IMG/VR virus record: IMGVR_UViG_3300021959_006312 | Span: 1-31,283 of that record | From: a virus | Taxonomy: Duplodnaviria; Caudoviricetes | Length of the DNA stretch: 31,283 nucleotides | Reading direction: 5' to 3' (one strand) | Part shown: positions 1 through 8,999 of the stretch, in pieces | Layout: each line of letters starts with the position of its first letter | Position numbering within the stretch: the first letter of the stretch is position 1 | Notes under the pieces: generated by a model | What the model was told of the DNA's origin: nothing | Database searches by the model: none | What the model saw: the letters and a program-made list of their open reading frames with translations, nothing else | Translations under genes and position numbers: made by a program

Positions 1-546
1 CTCGTCGGCAGTAGGTTGAGTACCTTCATAGTCAGTGTTTGTTTCTACTCTTGTAACCATATAAGCTTTGACATGGTTTGAGTTTGTGGTGTCTGTAACA
101 GTGAATAAATCACCGGGACGAGGGCCCGCAGCGGCCGCGTTAGCAAAACCATCTACTTTTACTTTAGTTGCTCCCGAAGTCGCAGCCTCATCAGTACTAA
201 CAATTGTCGTAAAGCCGCTTCTAGGATTATCATGCTGGGGTAGTACTACATAAAAAGGTGTAAGTCTTCCTTGCTTTGACATAAGAAAAGAGTTTACAGG
301 CTCAAACTCTGCCCTAGTAAGAGGGTTATAGCTGATATCTATTTTCCAGTACTGAGTAGCTTGTGCTCGAGTAACAACCCTTCCTCCATTAGTTCTAGAC
401 ACCATAGTGGGCTGAACTGAGGCAAACTTCACCGAAGCAAAGCCGGGACCAGTAGTTCCAGTGGTAGGGCTAGAAGTATTATTTCCTCCTTTACCAGAGT
501 CTAAAATCCTTCTATTGGGATCGGGTAGTACGTCCATGAATGCCAT
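1..546 (-). CDS. Distal tail protein (Dit, T5 pb9-like), 3' part runs off the window
   Basis: Not in the ORF track because it is truncated. ATG at 546 overlaps the tape-measure stop. Translation MAFMDVLPDPNRR...GPGFASVKF...QYWKIDISYNPLTRAEFEPVNSFL...FYVVLPQ resembles T5 pb9 (LPDP...GFESV...QYWGINISY...LLPQ). Directly downstream of the TMP. Confidence 0.8.
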   Translation of the reverse strand, partial: MAFMDVLPDPNRRILDSGKGGNNTSSPTTGTTGPGFASVKFASVQPTMVSRTNGGRVVTRAQATQYWKIDISYNPLTRAEFEPVNSFLMSKQGRLTPFYVVLPQHDNPRSGFTTIVSTDEAATSGATKVKVDGFANAAAAGPRPGDLFTVTDTTNSNHVKAYMVTRVETNTDYEGTQPTADE

Positions 547-3500
547 TATAGTTTACCTTGTCCTGTCGTAATTGCTGTATCATTAACAGACTCTAGAAAA
601 GTCTCTCCGTAAGTATTGGCGGCTTCTCTAATCATTGAAATAATATTTCCTCTTTGAGTTACAAGCGCATCATTGAAATTTGTTGTATCTATCGCTTGAA
701 TAGTAAAGTTTACATTCACAGGCTGAGATTGCTTCATCTCATCATTAGGAACGATTTTCCCTGGCACGTCCGGAACAAACAGTTCTGGACCTTGCTCACC
801 CACTACGTAACCTGCTGTAGGGCCTCCTTGCGCTCTATACTGTGCTCCCATAAAAGCAGGAGGGGGCATGAAATTTTGTCCGCCAATATTTGCCGTACTT
901 CCGCCTCTCAAAGCTGATAATTCTGCTCCGGAAGCTTGTTTAGACACGTCTACTTTATTAGACCTCTCTCCCATACCTATAGAAGAAGGAGTTGAAGCGC
1001 CCGCAGCAGAACCTCCCCCTTGATAAGAAGTTCCTGCAATAATTGCTAACTGAGCAGCGCCCAATAGACCCATCAATATCATCATTGGCCAGTTTCCTTT
1101 CTGGGCCATTACGGCCGCAGCAGTATTTATAATTGTCTCAGCCATTGCTATTTTCTTATTCTGTTCAAAAGCTTTTCTTTTCGCTCTTTCTTTCTTCTTT
1201 TCAAGTGCTGAGATTTTTGCTAGAGACTCTTTTGACTTTCCATCTCTTCTCTTCTCTGCGTCAATTTCTTTGTCAATTCCTGCAATTTTTGCTTTACTAG
1301 AGGCTGCCATTATGGCTCCTATACCTTGCACAATTGCCCCTACAGCAGCTAACTTATCTGCTGCGGTGTTTCCGCTTTTTGCTAGTTCTAAAAAGGCCAT
1401 TCCCATGACCGCAGTTGATTCTACAACAGTAGCTACTAATTCTCCTTGAGGGCCCAGCTCTCTCAGCCTGTTAAGCATCGGAGAAATACCTTCAAGAGTA
1501 GCAGCTATAAAAGCTTGTTTTATACCTATTTCTGCGTCTTTTGCTCGTATTTTGGCTTCTTCTAACCCTTTGTTGAGAGCATCAATCTCATCCAGGGGTA
1601 TATTATTACCCTCTGCATCTTTTCCGCTCTGAATGCCATCGACTTTAGTTTGCGCAGAGGCTACTGCTGCATTTTGCTCTTCCGAATACGTCTGGGCATT
1701 ACTTCTAGTTACCGCGCCTCTATCTTTAGCATCATTAATTTCCTGTAAAAATTTGCTTGAGCTTGTGCCTGCTAGGAAATCAGTTGCGGAAGCCTCTTTC
1801 ACACTATCTTTTGCGGCGGCTTTGAGATCTGAAATTAAAGACTCTCCAAGAGCTTTGATTCTCTCTCTGGAAGCCGTCTCAGCCATGTCCAAGAGTTTGC
1901 CTGAAGCTATAAAAGCGGTATCTAGCTTAGACTTTAATTCATCGGCTCTTTTATCTCCAAGGATCAAACGAACTGACTCTATTAGTAACTCTTGCTCTGC
2001 TTTTGTTTGCTCTCTTTTTGCTCTGAGCAATATGAACTCTTGATCTAGAGCATTTAATTTATTTTTGGTATCTTGTTCAATTAACTTTTTCTTCTTCTCG
2101 AGAGTTTTTTGGTCTAACTCAGCAATTTGCTTGACACTTAGAACTCTTCTTCTATCTGCTCTCGTCTGAGAATTTTGAACTTTTAATTTTTCTTCTTCAA
2201 TCTTTCTCTCGCTGTCTATAGTAGACATCTTACTATCAAAAATTTGAGAGTTTAAATCTGTCAATCTTTTGGCTAAGTCATTCTCTAGTTCTGCTGCTTG
2301 TAACCTAGTGTCTATCAATTCTTTCTCGGCGGCATTTCTAGCCGTATAGTAGCCTGCGATCTGTTCTTCTTCTTGCAAGCCCATTTCTTTAGTAAGATTC
2401 TCCCTTAGTCTCTTCCGTAAGGTACCTTCTTTACCAACATTAGCTATACTTTGGGAGAGTTCGTTCTGTAGTCTTGCCTTCGTACCCTCGTCCATTTCTT
2501 TATTTGCAGCAATTTTCTTACTAAGCACAGTAAGTTCCATCGCCAGCACATCCATCTGAAGCTCGATTAACATTAGTTTTGTTTCTTTTTCAGTGTCCAT
2601 AAGGCTCTTTTTAGCTTTACTTAGTGTTACTTCGCCTTTTTTGGTCACCTCAAAGTTTTCCTTAACTCTATCAAACTCTTGTGTGGCTGTCTCACTCGCA
2701 GCCAGCCCTTTTCTAGCATTGGCCAGCTTAGTCGCAGAACTTAAAATTTTGTCGTCTAGTTCTATGGTTTTCTTTTTCGCATCCACTCCTGCTAATATCT
2801 GGTTTAGTACTTGTTTCTCAAGATCTATTTTTTCTTTTGTTTTCGCAGTAAGTTTAATCTCGGTCGCTAACGCCGTTTCTTCTTTTTCTAATCTCTTAGC
2901 TGTTATGGCTTCCCCTTCTGTAGACAGTGCTAAAATTAGCTGCTCCTGTACCACTCTTTGCTCTGCTGTCAGGGCAGTTTCTCCAGTAGTTTCTAAAGTA
3001 TCTTTCGCGATCTTTAGTTTAGCGTCTACCGCCTTCTTCTGCTGCTGAAGAATTTGATCTTCGTGCATGAGCTGCGCTGCTATAGTCTCTCTGGTTTGTA
3101 CCCCTTCCTGAAGCTTTGTAAGTTCCGCTTGGGCCGTACGCTCTTTACTTTTTGCTATATTTGACTCTGTTTGAAAGAGTATAAGACTGTCTTTCTTTCG
3201 TTTCACAGCGATAGTAGCCATAGCAAAAAGATTTTTCGCCTGTTCTTCAGTAGTGACCGAAGCGTCTTTCAACATCTTCAGTATATGCGGATCTATTATC
3301 TGATTATAGCTGCCCTTGTCTAGTTGTTCTTGTAGATTTGTAAAAGCCTGTACACTTTCTTTACCGGATCTTTTAGCCAGATTGTTTAAATTTTTTGACA
3401 AATCGGTTACATCAGCAACTGCTTGATCGAAAGGAGTTTTATTTTGTATAGAATTATATAAGTCTCTTATTCCTTTAGCAGCAACCGTAGCAGCTAAATT

Positions 3501-5537
3501 ACTATTATTCAATTCGTCTGTAAATTTTTTCTGAGGATCTAAGACGTCTTCTATTATTGATTTCATAGTCCTTAGGGCACCTACCGCGTTACCTCCAGCT
3601 CGCTCCATTATGTGATCACCAACGTCGCCTTCTATATCATACATCTTTTTATATCTTTCAGTAAGCTCATCACTGGCCAGAATAGCGTCTCTCATTGATC
3701 GTAGACCCGACAACATATTTACAGGAGTCTCACCAAGTTTTCTAGCTCTAAGCAGAGCGTCGTAAGCAATCTGAGACTGCGCTGCCAAATTCGAGTAAGC
3801 ATTAGCAGCTGCAGTTGTTCGTGCAGTTAACGTTTTATATACAGCATTACTAGCATTGGCAGTCTCATTTAATTGTTCGAAGGTCTTTTCAAGCTCGTCT
3901 ACAGTTTCTGCTAATTTTGCGGATGCTGCATTGGCTTTAGCAGCTGCAGGAGCAAATTTCTCCATAACCCAGGTAACACCCTTCATCATCACATCAAAAG
4001 CACCTATAATAACTGTAATCGCCGTAAAAATGGGTATGGCGAGGGAAATTGCTGTACCCGCTATTCGTGCAGCAGTTGCAGTAGCTCCAAATATTGGGCC
4101 TAGCTTAGCTAATATTTTATGAAACGCGCCTTGATCCTTACCTGCCTCTCCTATTTGTGAGCCATAGTTTGCAAATAACTCCTTAGCTTGTGCCCAGGCT
4201 TCAGCGAATCTTCCAGTACCCAACAAGGTAGAAATTTGTTGCTCATTAGTTAAGTTCTGTTGAGCATTTACTACTCCTTGAATGGTTACCCCAAGGTCTC
4301 TATACGATTTTCTTTGTCCGTCTATTTCTGCTTTTAATCTTCTTGCGCCCTCACTGGCTTCCCCTTCTGCGAGTACCATTTTTTTATGTTTTTTAGTAAG
4401 TTGTCCTAAAGTACCTGCCATAGAAGCTCTTGCAGTATTAAGAGCTTCCTGGATAGGAACTCCGGCCTCTATCTGTTCAGTTACTTTAGCAAAAGCAGGG
4501 CCAGTATTTTTCAATACAGAGAGAGACTGTATTTGACCTAGTGTACTTGCTTTTACTTGTGCTCTAAGATCTGAATATCTAGATCCGAGATCAGAAAGTC
4601 CGGGTGCAATACTTCTCAATACGGTAGCACCAAAAGCCGTGAAAAACCCTAATAATAGTATCTTAGAGGAAGCGAGGACCTTGAGCAAAGGACTAAAAGC
4701 GAAGTTTACAACATTTAGAAGAGTCTTGCTTAAATCATTGAAAGTAGCCGCTATCTTATCGTAAGCACTTACGTCAACACCTGCTAGAGCGGAAAATTTC
4801 TTTTCACCCTCTTCTAGAACTGCATTCATAAAGGCTTGTCTTCGTTCGAAGTTAGTAAGTTCGGACACTGTTTTGCCAATCTTACTTGCATAGTTTGAAG
4901 TAGCTTCATCTAAGCGAACCATTATGCCCAATTCATCAAGAAGTTCAGGTTCCAGCTTTGTAGCACCCCGGGTTAGTCGGGAAAGAGAGTCGGCGGTATC
5001 TCTGCCAAGAGCAATACTTGCCGTTCTAGCTACTTCTCCTAATCTTTCTATTGAAGAGGAATCAAATCCTGCGCTAATTACAAGGTTCGTAGACCTCATA
5101 GATTCTTCCATAGAAAGAGCGAATCCCGTAGCTTCTTGAAGCCCTTTAGATAAAGTAGTCAAAGCAACACCGGAAGAGACCCCTAAGACCTCCAAACCTT
5201 GTGCAAGTTTTTCTGTTTGTGCGGCTCTTTGTAGAGCACCAAAAAAAGCTGTAATTGCAAAAACACGAGAAGCAATTTCAGCATAGGCAGGAACAAGCCC
5301 GCCTTGAATAAATTGGGCTTGTTTTGCAAAACTCTTTGTGGAGTTAGAAGTAGCCTGTGCTACCCCTTTTTGCTGCTTATTAAACTGAGCGGCGTTATTC
5401 TTTTGAGACTTCGACATTCTCTCGGTAGCGCCGGTCGCTCGATTAGCTGAGGAAGTTACCCCATCGAGTTTCTTTTCGACTACTTGTAAGCCCTTGTCTG
5501 TTACAATAACTTCAAAAAGTATTGAATTATTTGCCAC
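546..5537 (-). CDS. Tail tape measure protein (T5 pb2-like)
   Basis: 1663 aa, Ala/Lys/Glu-rich coiled coil. N-terminal TMP motif (RLTRGATKLEPELLDELGI), hydrophobic segments, C-terminal YVVGEQGPELFVP motif. Follows the chaperone pair. Confidence 0.92.
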   Translation of the reverse strand: MANNSILFEVIVTDKGLQVVEKKLDGVTSSANRATGATERMSKSQKNNAAQFNKQQKGVAQATSNSTKSFAKQAQFIQGGLVPAYAEIASRVFAITAFFGALQRAAQTEKLAQGLEVLGVSSGVALTTLSKGLQEATGFALSMEESMRSTNLVISAGFDSSSIERLGEVARTASIALGRDTADSLSRLTRGATKLEPELLDELGIMVRLDEATSNYASKIGKTVSELTNFERRQAFMNAVLEEGEKKFSALAGVDVSAYDKIAATFNDLSKTLLNVVNFAFSPLLKVLASSKILLLGFFTAFGATVLRSIAPGLSDLGSRYSDLRAQVKASTLGQIQSLSVLKNTGPAFAKVTEQIEAGVPIQEALNTARASMAGTLGQLTKKHKKMVLAEGEASEGARRLKAEIDGQRKSYRDLGVTIQGVVNAQQNLTNEQQISTLLGTGRFAEAWAQAKELFANYGSQIGEAGKDQGAFHKILAKLGPIFGATATAARIAGTAISLAIPIFTAITVIIGAFDVMMKGVTWVMEKFAPAAAKANAASAKLAETVDELEKTFEQLNETANASNAVYKTLTARTTAAANAYSNLAAQSQIAYDALLRARKLGETPVNMLSGLRSMRDAILASDELTERYKKMYDIEGDVGDHIMERAGGNAVGALRTMKSIIEDVLDPQKKFTDELNNSNLAATVAAKGIRDLYNSIQNKTPFDQAVADVTDLSKNLNNLAKRSGKESVQAFTNLQEQLDKGSYNQIIDPHILKMLKDASVTTEEQAKNLFAMATIAVKRKKDSLILFQTESNIAKSKERTAQAELTKLQEGVQTRETIAAQLMHEDQILQQQKKAVDAKLKIAKDTLETTGETALTAEQRVVQEQLILALSTEGEAITAKRLEKEETALATEIKLTAKTKEKIDLEKQVLNQILAGVDAKKKTIELDDKILSSATKLANARKGLAASETATQEFDRVKENFEVTKKGEVTLSKAKKSLMDTEKETKLMLIELQMDVLAMELTVLSKKIAANKEMDEGTKARLQNELSQSIANVGKEGTLRKRLRENLTKEMGLQEEEQIAGYYTARNAAEKELIDTRLQAAELENDLAKRLTDLNSQIFDSKMSTIDSERKIEEEKLKVQNSQTRADRRRVLSVKQIAELDQKTLEKKKKLIEQDTKNKLNALDQEFILLRAKREQTKAEQELLIESVRLILGDKRADELKSKLDTAFIASGKLLDMAETASRERIKALGESLISDLKAAAKDSVKEASATDFLAGTSSSKFLQEINDAKDRGAVTRSNAQTYSEEQNAAVASAQTKVDGIQSGKDAEGNNIPLDEIDALNKGLEEAKIRAKDAEIGIKQAFIAATLEGISPMLNRLRELGPQGELVATVVESTAVMGMAFLELAKSGNTAADKLAAVGAIVQGIGAIMAASSKAKIAGIDKEIDAEKRRDGKSKESLAKISALEKKKERAKRKAFEQNKKIAMAETIINTAAAVMAQKGNWPMMILMGLLGAAQLAIIAGTSYQGGGSAAGASTPSSIGMGERSNKVDVSKQASGAELSALRGGSTANIGGQNFMPPPAFMGAQYRAQGGPTAGYVVGEQGPELFVPDVPGKIVPNDEMKQSQPVNVNFTIQAIDTTNFNDALVTQRGNIISMIREAANTYGETFLESVNDTAITTGQGKL

Positions 5538-5940
5538 GATTTTTGCTCTTTACCTTGTCGAATTCACGTTTAATCTTCTCTTGAGAAGTCTTAATCGCTT
5601 CCGAATCAAGCCTTAACAAAGTATCTAATAAAAGTTCTTTGTTCTGAATATTATAAATTTGCATTAATACGGGAAGATTAGTATAATCTTTTCCTGTGTA
5701 TCCAACATCTGGGTACACCCGGTCTCCCAAATAATTAAAAATCTCTAAAGCCTGTATTGTCTCTTCTGGAAAGTCTTCTATGCCCGGAGGACATTTATCT
5801 GGATTTGGTTCTCTTTTTAGTTGTTTCTCCATATCCAGATATTTTTCTTTAGTCATTCCAATAGAACTATTTGTCTGCCACTTCTCTAAGCGCTCCCAAA
5901 GGATCTGTTTTTGGTCCTCCGCGAAAGTTGGCAAGGTCAA
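5527..5940 (-). CDS. Tail assembly chaperone, C-terminal (gpT-like) frame
   Basis: Lies between the chaperone and the TMP, overlaps the upstream ORF by 74 nt, has a weak TTG start. Probably made as a frameshift fusion, or from the internal Met (MTKEKY). Confidence 0.7.
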   Translation of the reverse strand: MTLPTFAEDQKQILWERLEKWQTNSSIGMTKEKYLDMEKQLKREPNPDKCPPGIEDFPEETIQALEIFNYLGDRVYPDVGYTGKDYTNLPVLMQIYNIQNKELLLDTLLRLDSEAIKTSQEKIKREFDKVKSKNRGK

Positions 5941-6316
5941 AGACTACCTCGTTTATCCAATTATCGAATTCTGTAGAGTTAGATACTAGTAATTCTGCTT
6001 GCTCTTGATCATAGTCTAAAATAGATTCTACATCTTGAGAGCTCAGGTCCACAAGAATTAAGTCTTCTAGATATTTTAATTTTAAGCCTTTCCATCCGTG
6101 TACGGTAGCTTTAGTAAACTCCGTAACAAATTTCTCTTCGTCGAGGTCTTCTATCATTTGTCGACTCTTACGATCAAACTTTTGCGCTATACATCTCTTT
6201 CTTAGAGCCATTAACTCCTTTCGTGAAAGATTGCATACCTCTACTTCAAACCCGGGGCAACCTGGAAAGTCTAGCCATGCTGACTTGGTATCCACCATTA
6301 AATCTTTTAATTTCAT
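5867..6316 (-). CDS. Tail assembly chaperone (gpG-like)
   Basis: 149 aa, AGGAG RBS, canonical position upstream of the TMP, GWKGLK motif. Confidence 0.75.
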   Translation of the reverse strand: MKLKDLMVDTKSAWLDFPGCPGFEVEVCNLSRKELMALRKRCIAQKFDRKSRQMIEDLDEEKFVTEFTKATVHGWKGLKLKYLEDLILVDLSSQDVESILDYDQEQAELLVSNSTEFDNWINEVVFDLANFRGGPKTDPLGALREVADK

Positions 6317-6331
6317 TAAATCTCCTAAATA

Positions 6332-7276
6332 TTAATTATAAACAAATGTTGTTGTATCTTCGATCGCTCGAAAATCGTAGTTCTGGGTAAATACTTCCCC
6401 AAAAGTGGTTCTCGCTGTAAAACGAGCGTCAGGAAGGGTAATTAATAGCTGAAGATTATTAGACGCTAGTCCTGCAGAGATACGAATATCCATATCTCTC
6501 CAAGACTGAATGTAAGTCTGTGAGCCTCCACTATTATTTACTTCTCCATCAGTATACTGCTGTATACTTCCTCCGATATTTCTATCAGATAAAGTGTAAT
6601 TATACGGAAAGATAGTGTTGAACTCTGCAGTAACAGATAGGGAATCTTGAAGGGTTGGGTTAGCTGTCCAAGATATATTATTCTGGACTTCTATAGTTGC
6701 GCCTAAGATCCTGTCTTGTTTTGTATACGAAAGTAAAGGTTTAAATTCAATGTCAAATTCTTTCGATATTGCATATGAAGGACTTGTAGTATAATTTGAA
6801 TGGGTAGACTGAGAGAAAGAACTTTCTAATCTTCTCAATTTGCTTCCCGTACCTGACAAATTAACAGTCATTAAACCGTTTCTTGGTATTTTAAACGAAC
6901 CTGAAGTAAATACACATCTTTCTAATTTATAGTATGTTTCTGGACTATAATCCGAATATACAAAATATAGATTGAAATTGTCTACGCCTTCGGGCGTAGC
7001 GTTCGTATTCAAAAGCAAGTCTAAGGGCTTATGTTGATGCTTAAAACTAGATTCACCGTCCAATAGATAGAGGGTGAAAGAAAAATCAGCGGGATTTGCT
7101 TGGGTTATGGAAGAACCTTGAACAAAGTTTGTTTGTTGTTGTAAGGTTCTTCTAGGCACCCCTTTTTCTTCAAAGGTTTGGTTGAAGGTAACGTCTCGAG
7201 CTGTATGCAAAAGATAGAAGGTATTGTCGTATTCTAACCATACTCTTCCTTCTCTTAAAAATTCAAACCTCGCCAC
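6332..7276 (-). CDS. Minor tail / baseplate tube protein (T5 p140-like)
   Basis: 314 aa, beta-rich. Repeats the two-domain pattern of the tail-tube proteins (YYKLERCVFTSGSF; IEVQNNISW; RNIGGSIQQY). T5 synteny. Confidence 0.7.
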   Translation of the reverse strand: MARFEFLREGRVWLEYDNTFYLLHTARDVTFNQTFEEKGVPRRTLQQQTNFVQGSSITQANPADFSFTLYLLDGESSFKHQHKPLDLLLNTNATPEGVDNFNLYFVYSDYSPETYYKLERCVFTSGSFKIPRNGLMTVNLSGTGSKLRRLESSFSQSTHSNYTTSPSYAISKEFDIEFKPLLSYTKQDRILGATIEVQNNISWTANPTLQDSLSVTAEFNTIFPYNYTLSDRNIGGSIQQYTDGEVNNSGGSQTYIQSWRDMDIRISAGLASNNLQLLITLPDARFTARTTFGEVFTQNYDFRAIEDTTTFVYN

Positions 7277-7312
7277 AGTTATCTCCTATACTAGCTCCTC
7301 CGGTGTAACAGA

Positions 7313-7567
7313 TTATACCCAGCGTTGGCCGGCGTCATACTTTTCTTTAAGATTGCTGGCTAAACTATTGGCAAATTGAGTCATCAAATCAGTGCTGTAC
7401 TTCCCGTCACTATCCAAAGGTGGCATGAACTCTCTGTCCTCTCTGTGGTCTTTATATGTAAGGCGTATAGTAACAGTGCCAGGTGTAACCACAGGAGCCG
7501 CGTCGGGATTATCCGGGTCGGTTGTTGTTACAGGGCCTACATATTCTTTTATTAATTCCCACTCCAC
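7313..7567 (-). CDS. Hypothetical protein in tail operon
   Basis: 84 aa, GTG start with AGGAG RBS, same strand as its neighbours. Confidence 0.65.
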   Translation of the reverse strand: MEWELIKEYVGPVTTTDPDNPDAAPVVTPGTVTIRLTYKDHREDREFMPPLDSDGKYSTDLMTQFANSLASNLKEKYDAGQRWV

Positions 7568-7596
7568 AATAAATCACTCCTATTATTTTTTAAATG

Positions 7597-7621
7597 AAAA
7601 AAAGGGGAGAAATTCCTCCCC
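7597..7621 (-). terminator. Intrinsic terminator
   Basis: GGGGAGG-AATT-TCTCCCC followed by T7 on the - strand. Confidence 0.75.
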
Positions 7622-7633
7622 GTACATTTAGTA

Positions 7634-7662
7634 ATTATACAAAACTACTACCTAATTGTCAA
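7634..7662 (-). promoter_or_regulatory. Sigma70 promoter
   Basis: TTGACA-17-TATAAT, preceded by the A-rich UP element AAAAAATAATTC. Confidence 0.85.
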
Positions 7663-7674
7663 GAATTATTTTTT

Positions 7675-8988
7675 CTATGCCTTATAAGCTATAAGACTTT
7701 CATTGGTCTTATCTACGTCACCGCCCTGTACTTGTCCGTGGAAATTAACTTCCAAAGTAAGTAGATCCTCAACATTAATTGTAGGTATTTCAAGGTGCGC
7801 TGAAGGCATAGTAAGCTGAAGCCTAGGAGTGTCTATTGAGCTTCCCCCTATATTTACTTCGAGTAAGTGAGTATTACGAATGGTTGTTGTATCCTCTACC
7901 AAATCCTTAAATAATTCTCCAGATTTACTATTTGAAATATCATTATCTAAGTAACAAGTCATACTGCCACTCACACTTCTTGCCCCTGTAATATTGGCTA
8001 AAGGAGCGTTTACTACACCTAGTTCTTCTGGGGTAAGATAATTGACATTATTCTCGATAGTGAAGCTGCCTCCAGTAAGAACTACTGTATAAGCATCGGA
8101 GTCACTTGTATTTATTAATCTTACCGTGGAGATTCTGTTACGAATAAAGTTATCCGTATCGGTCAGTCCGCCCGTAATAGGGGTAGGAGAAGTAATAGCA
8201 CTAGGTGCGCTTGTGCCAGCATCTGTCAAAGTTTTGGCAAAGCCGCTCCAAGCAATGGTTGCAATACCGTCAATATCAAAATCAATAGAAGCAGAGTTAA
8301 CTACTGAATCGGCTAATTTATAATATTGCTTATTACTGCCGTCTTCGAAAGCTACATAAATATCCCATCCATCTGAAAAAGAAGAAACGTTTGACTTAGA
8401 TAGGTTAAATACGTTTCTATCATCCTCAAAAGCGTCCGAAGGAGTACCATTACTAGCATCCGTAGTAATTAGGTTAATCTCATCAGTTTCAGTAACTACA
8501 CCTCCGGAACCTGTAATAGCTACACCATTGTAAATAAATTTAGCTCCTGCAGTAGCCGCCGAAGCTCCTATAGCTGTCCAATTAACAGAGCTTCCTGCGG
8601 TGGTAATTTCATATATAGGACCTTTAGGTTGTAATCCTGCTGTATGTACATTAATACTTGTTACTTCTGTAAAAGCAGAAGACCTAAAAACTCCCGAAGA
8701 ATGATGTGTCGCACCGAGCATCATAGCCCAGAGAGCTTCTTCCGGAGCGCGAACACTACCAGAACTTTTGAAAGGACGGGCGTATGTACTCATAGACCAT
8801 TCTACAGGAGCTAAACTATCGTTAAAAAGCAGTCGAGCTCTACGAGAAGTAGAACCCGCTTCATTGATTGTAATTTCTGAAGAATTGATTGATTGAGTAA
8901 AGGAAAAACCGTCCAAAACTGACAACTGCCAAACAGCTCCTCCACCTACTACGTAAACCGTAGCATTTCTTGTAAATTGTAAAGCCAT
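7675..8988 (-). CDS. Major tail tube protein, paralogue B (T5 pb6-like)
   Basis: 437 aa. Motifs WQLSVLDGFSFTQ, DFDIDGIATIAWSG and NNVNYLTPEELGVVN...TGARSVSGSMTCYL resemble T5-type tail tube proteins. Confidence 0.85.
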   Translation of the reverse strand: MALQFTRNATVYVVGGGAVWQLSVLDGFSFTQSINSSEITINEAGSTSRRARLLFNDSLAPVEWSMSTYARPFKSSGSVRAPEEALWAMMLGATHHSSGVFRSSAFTEVTSINVHTAGLQPKGPIYEITTAGSSVNWTAIGASAATAGAKFIYNGVAITGSGGVVTETDEINLITTDASNGTPSDAFEDDRNVFNLSKSNVSSFSDGWDIYVAFEDGSNKQYYKLADSVVNSASIDFDIDGIATIAWSGFAKTLTDAGTSAPSAITSPTPITGGLTDTDNFIRNRISTVRLINTSDSDAYTVVLTGGSFTIENNVNYLTPEELGVVNAPLANITGARSVSGSMTCYLDNDISNSKSGELFKDLVEDTTTIRNTHLLEVNIGGSSIDTPRLQLTMPSAHLEIPTINVEDLLTLEVNFHGQVQGGDVDKTNESLIAYKA

Positions 8989-8999
8989 TTTATTTCTCC

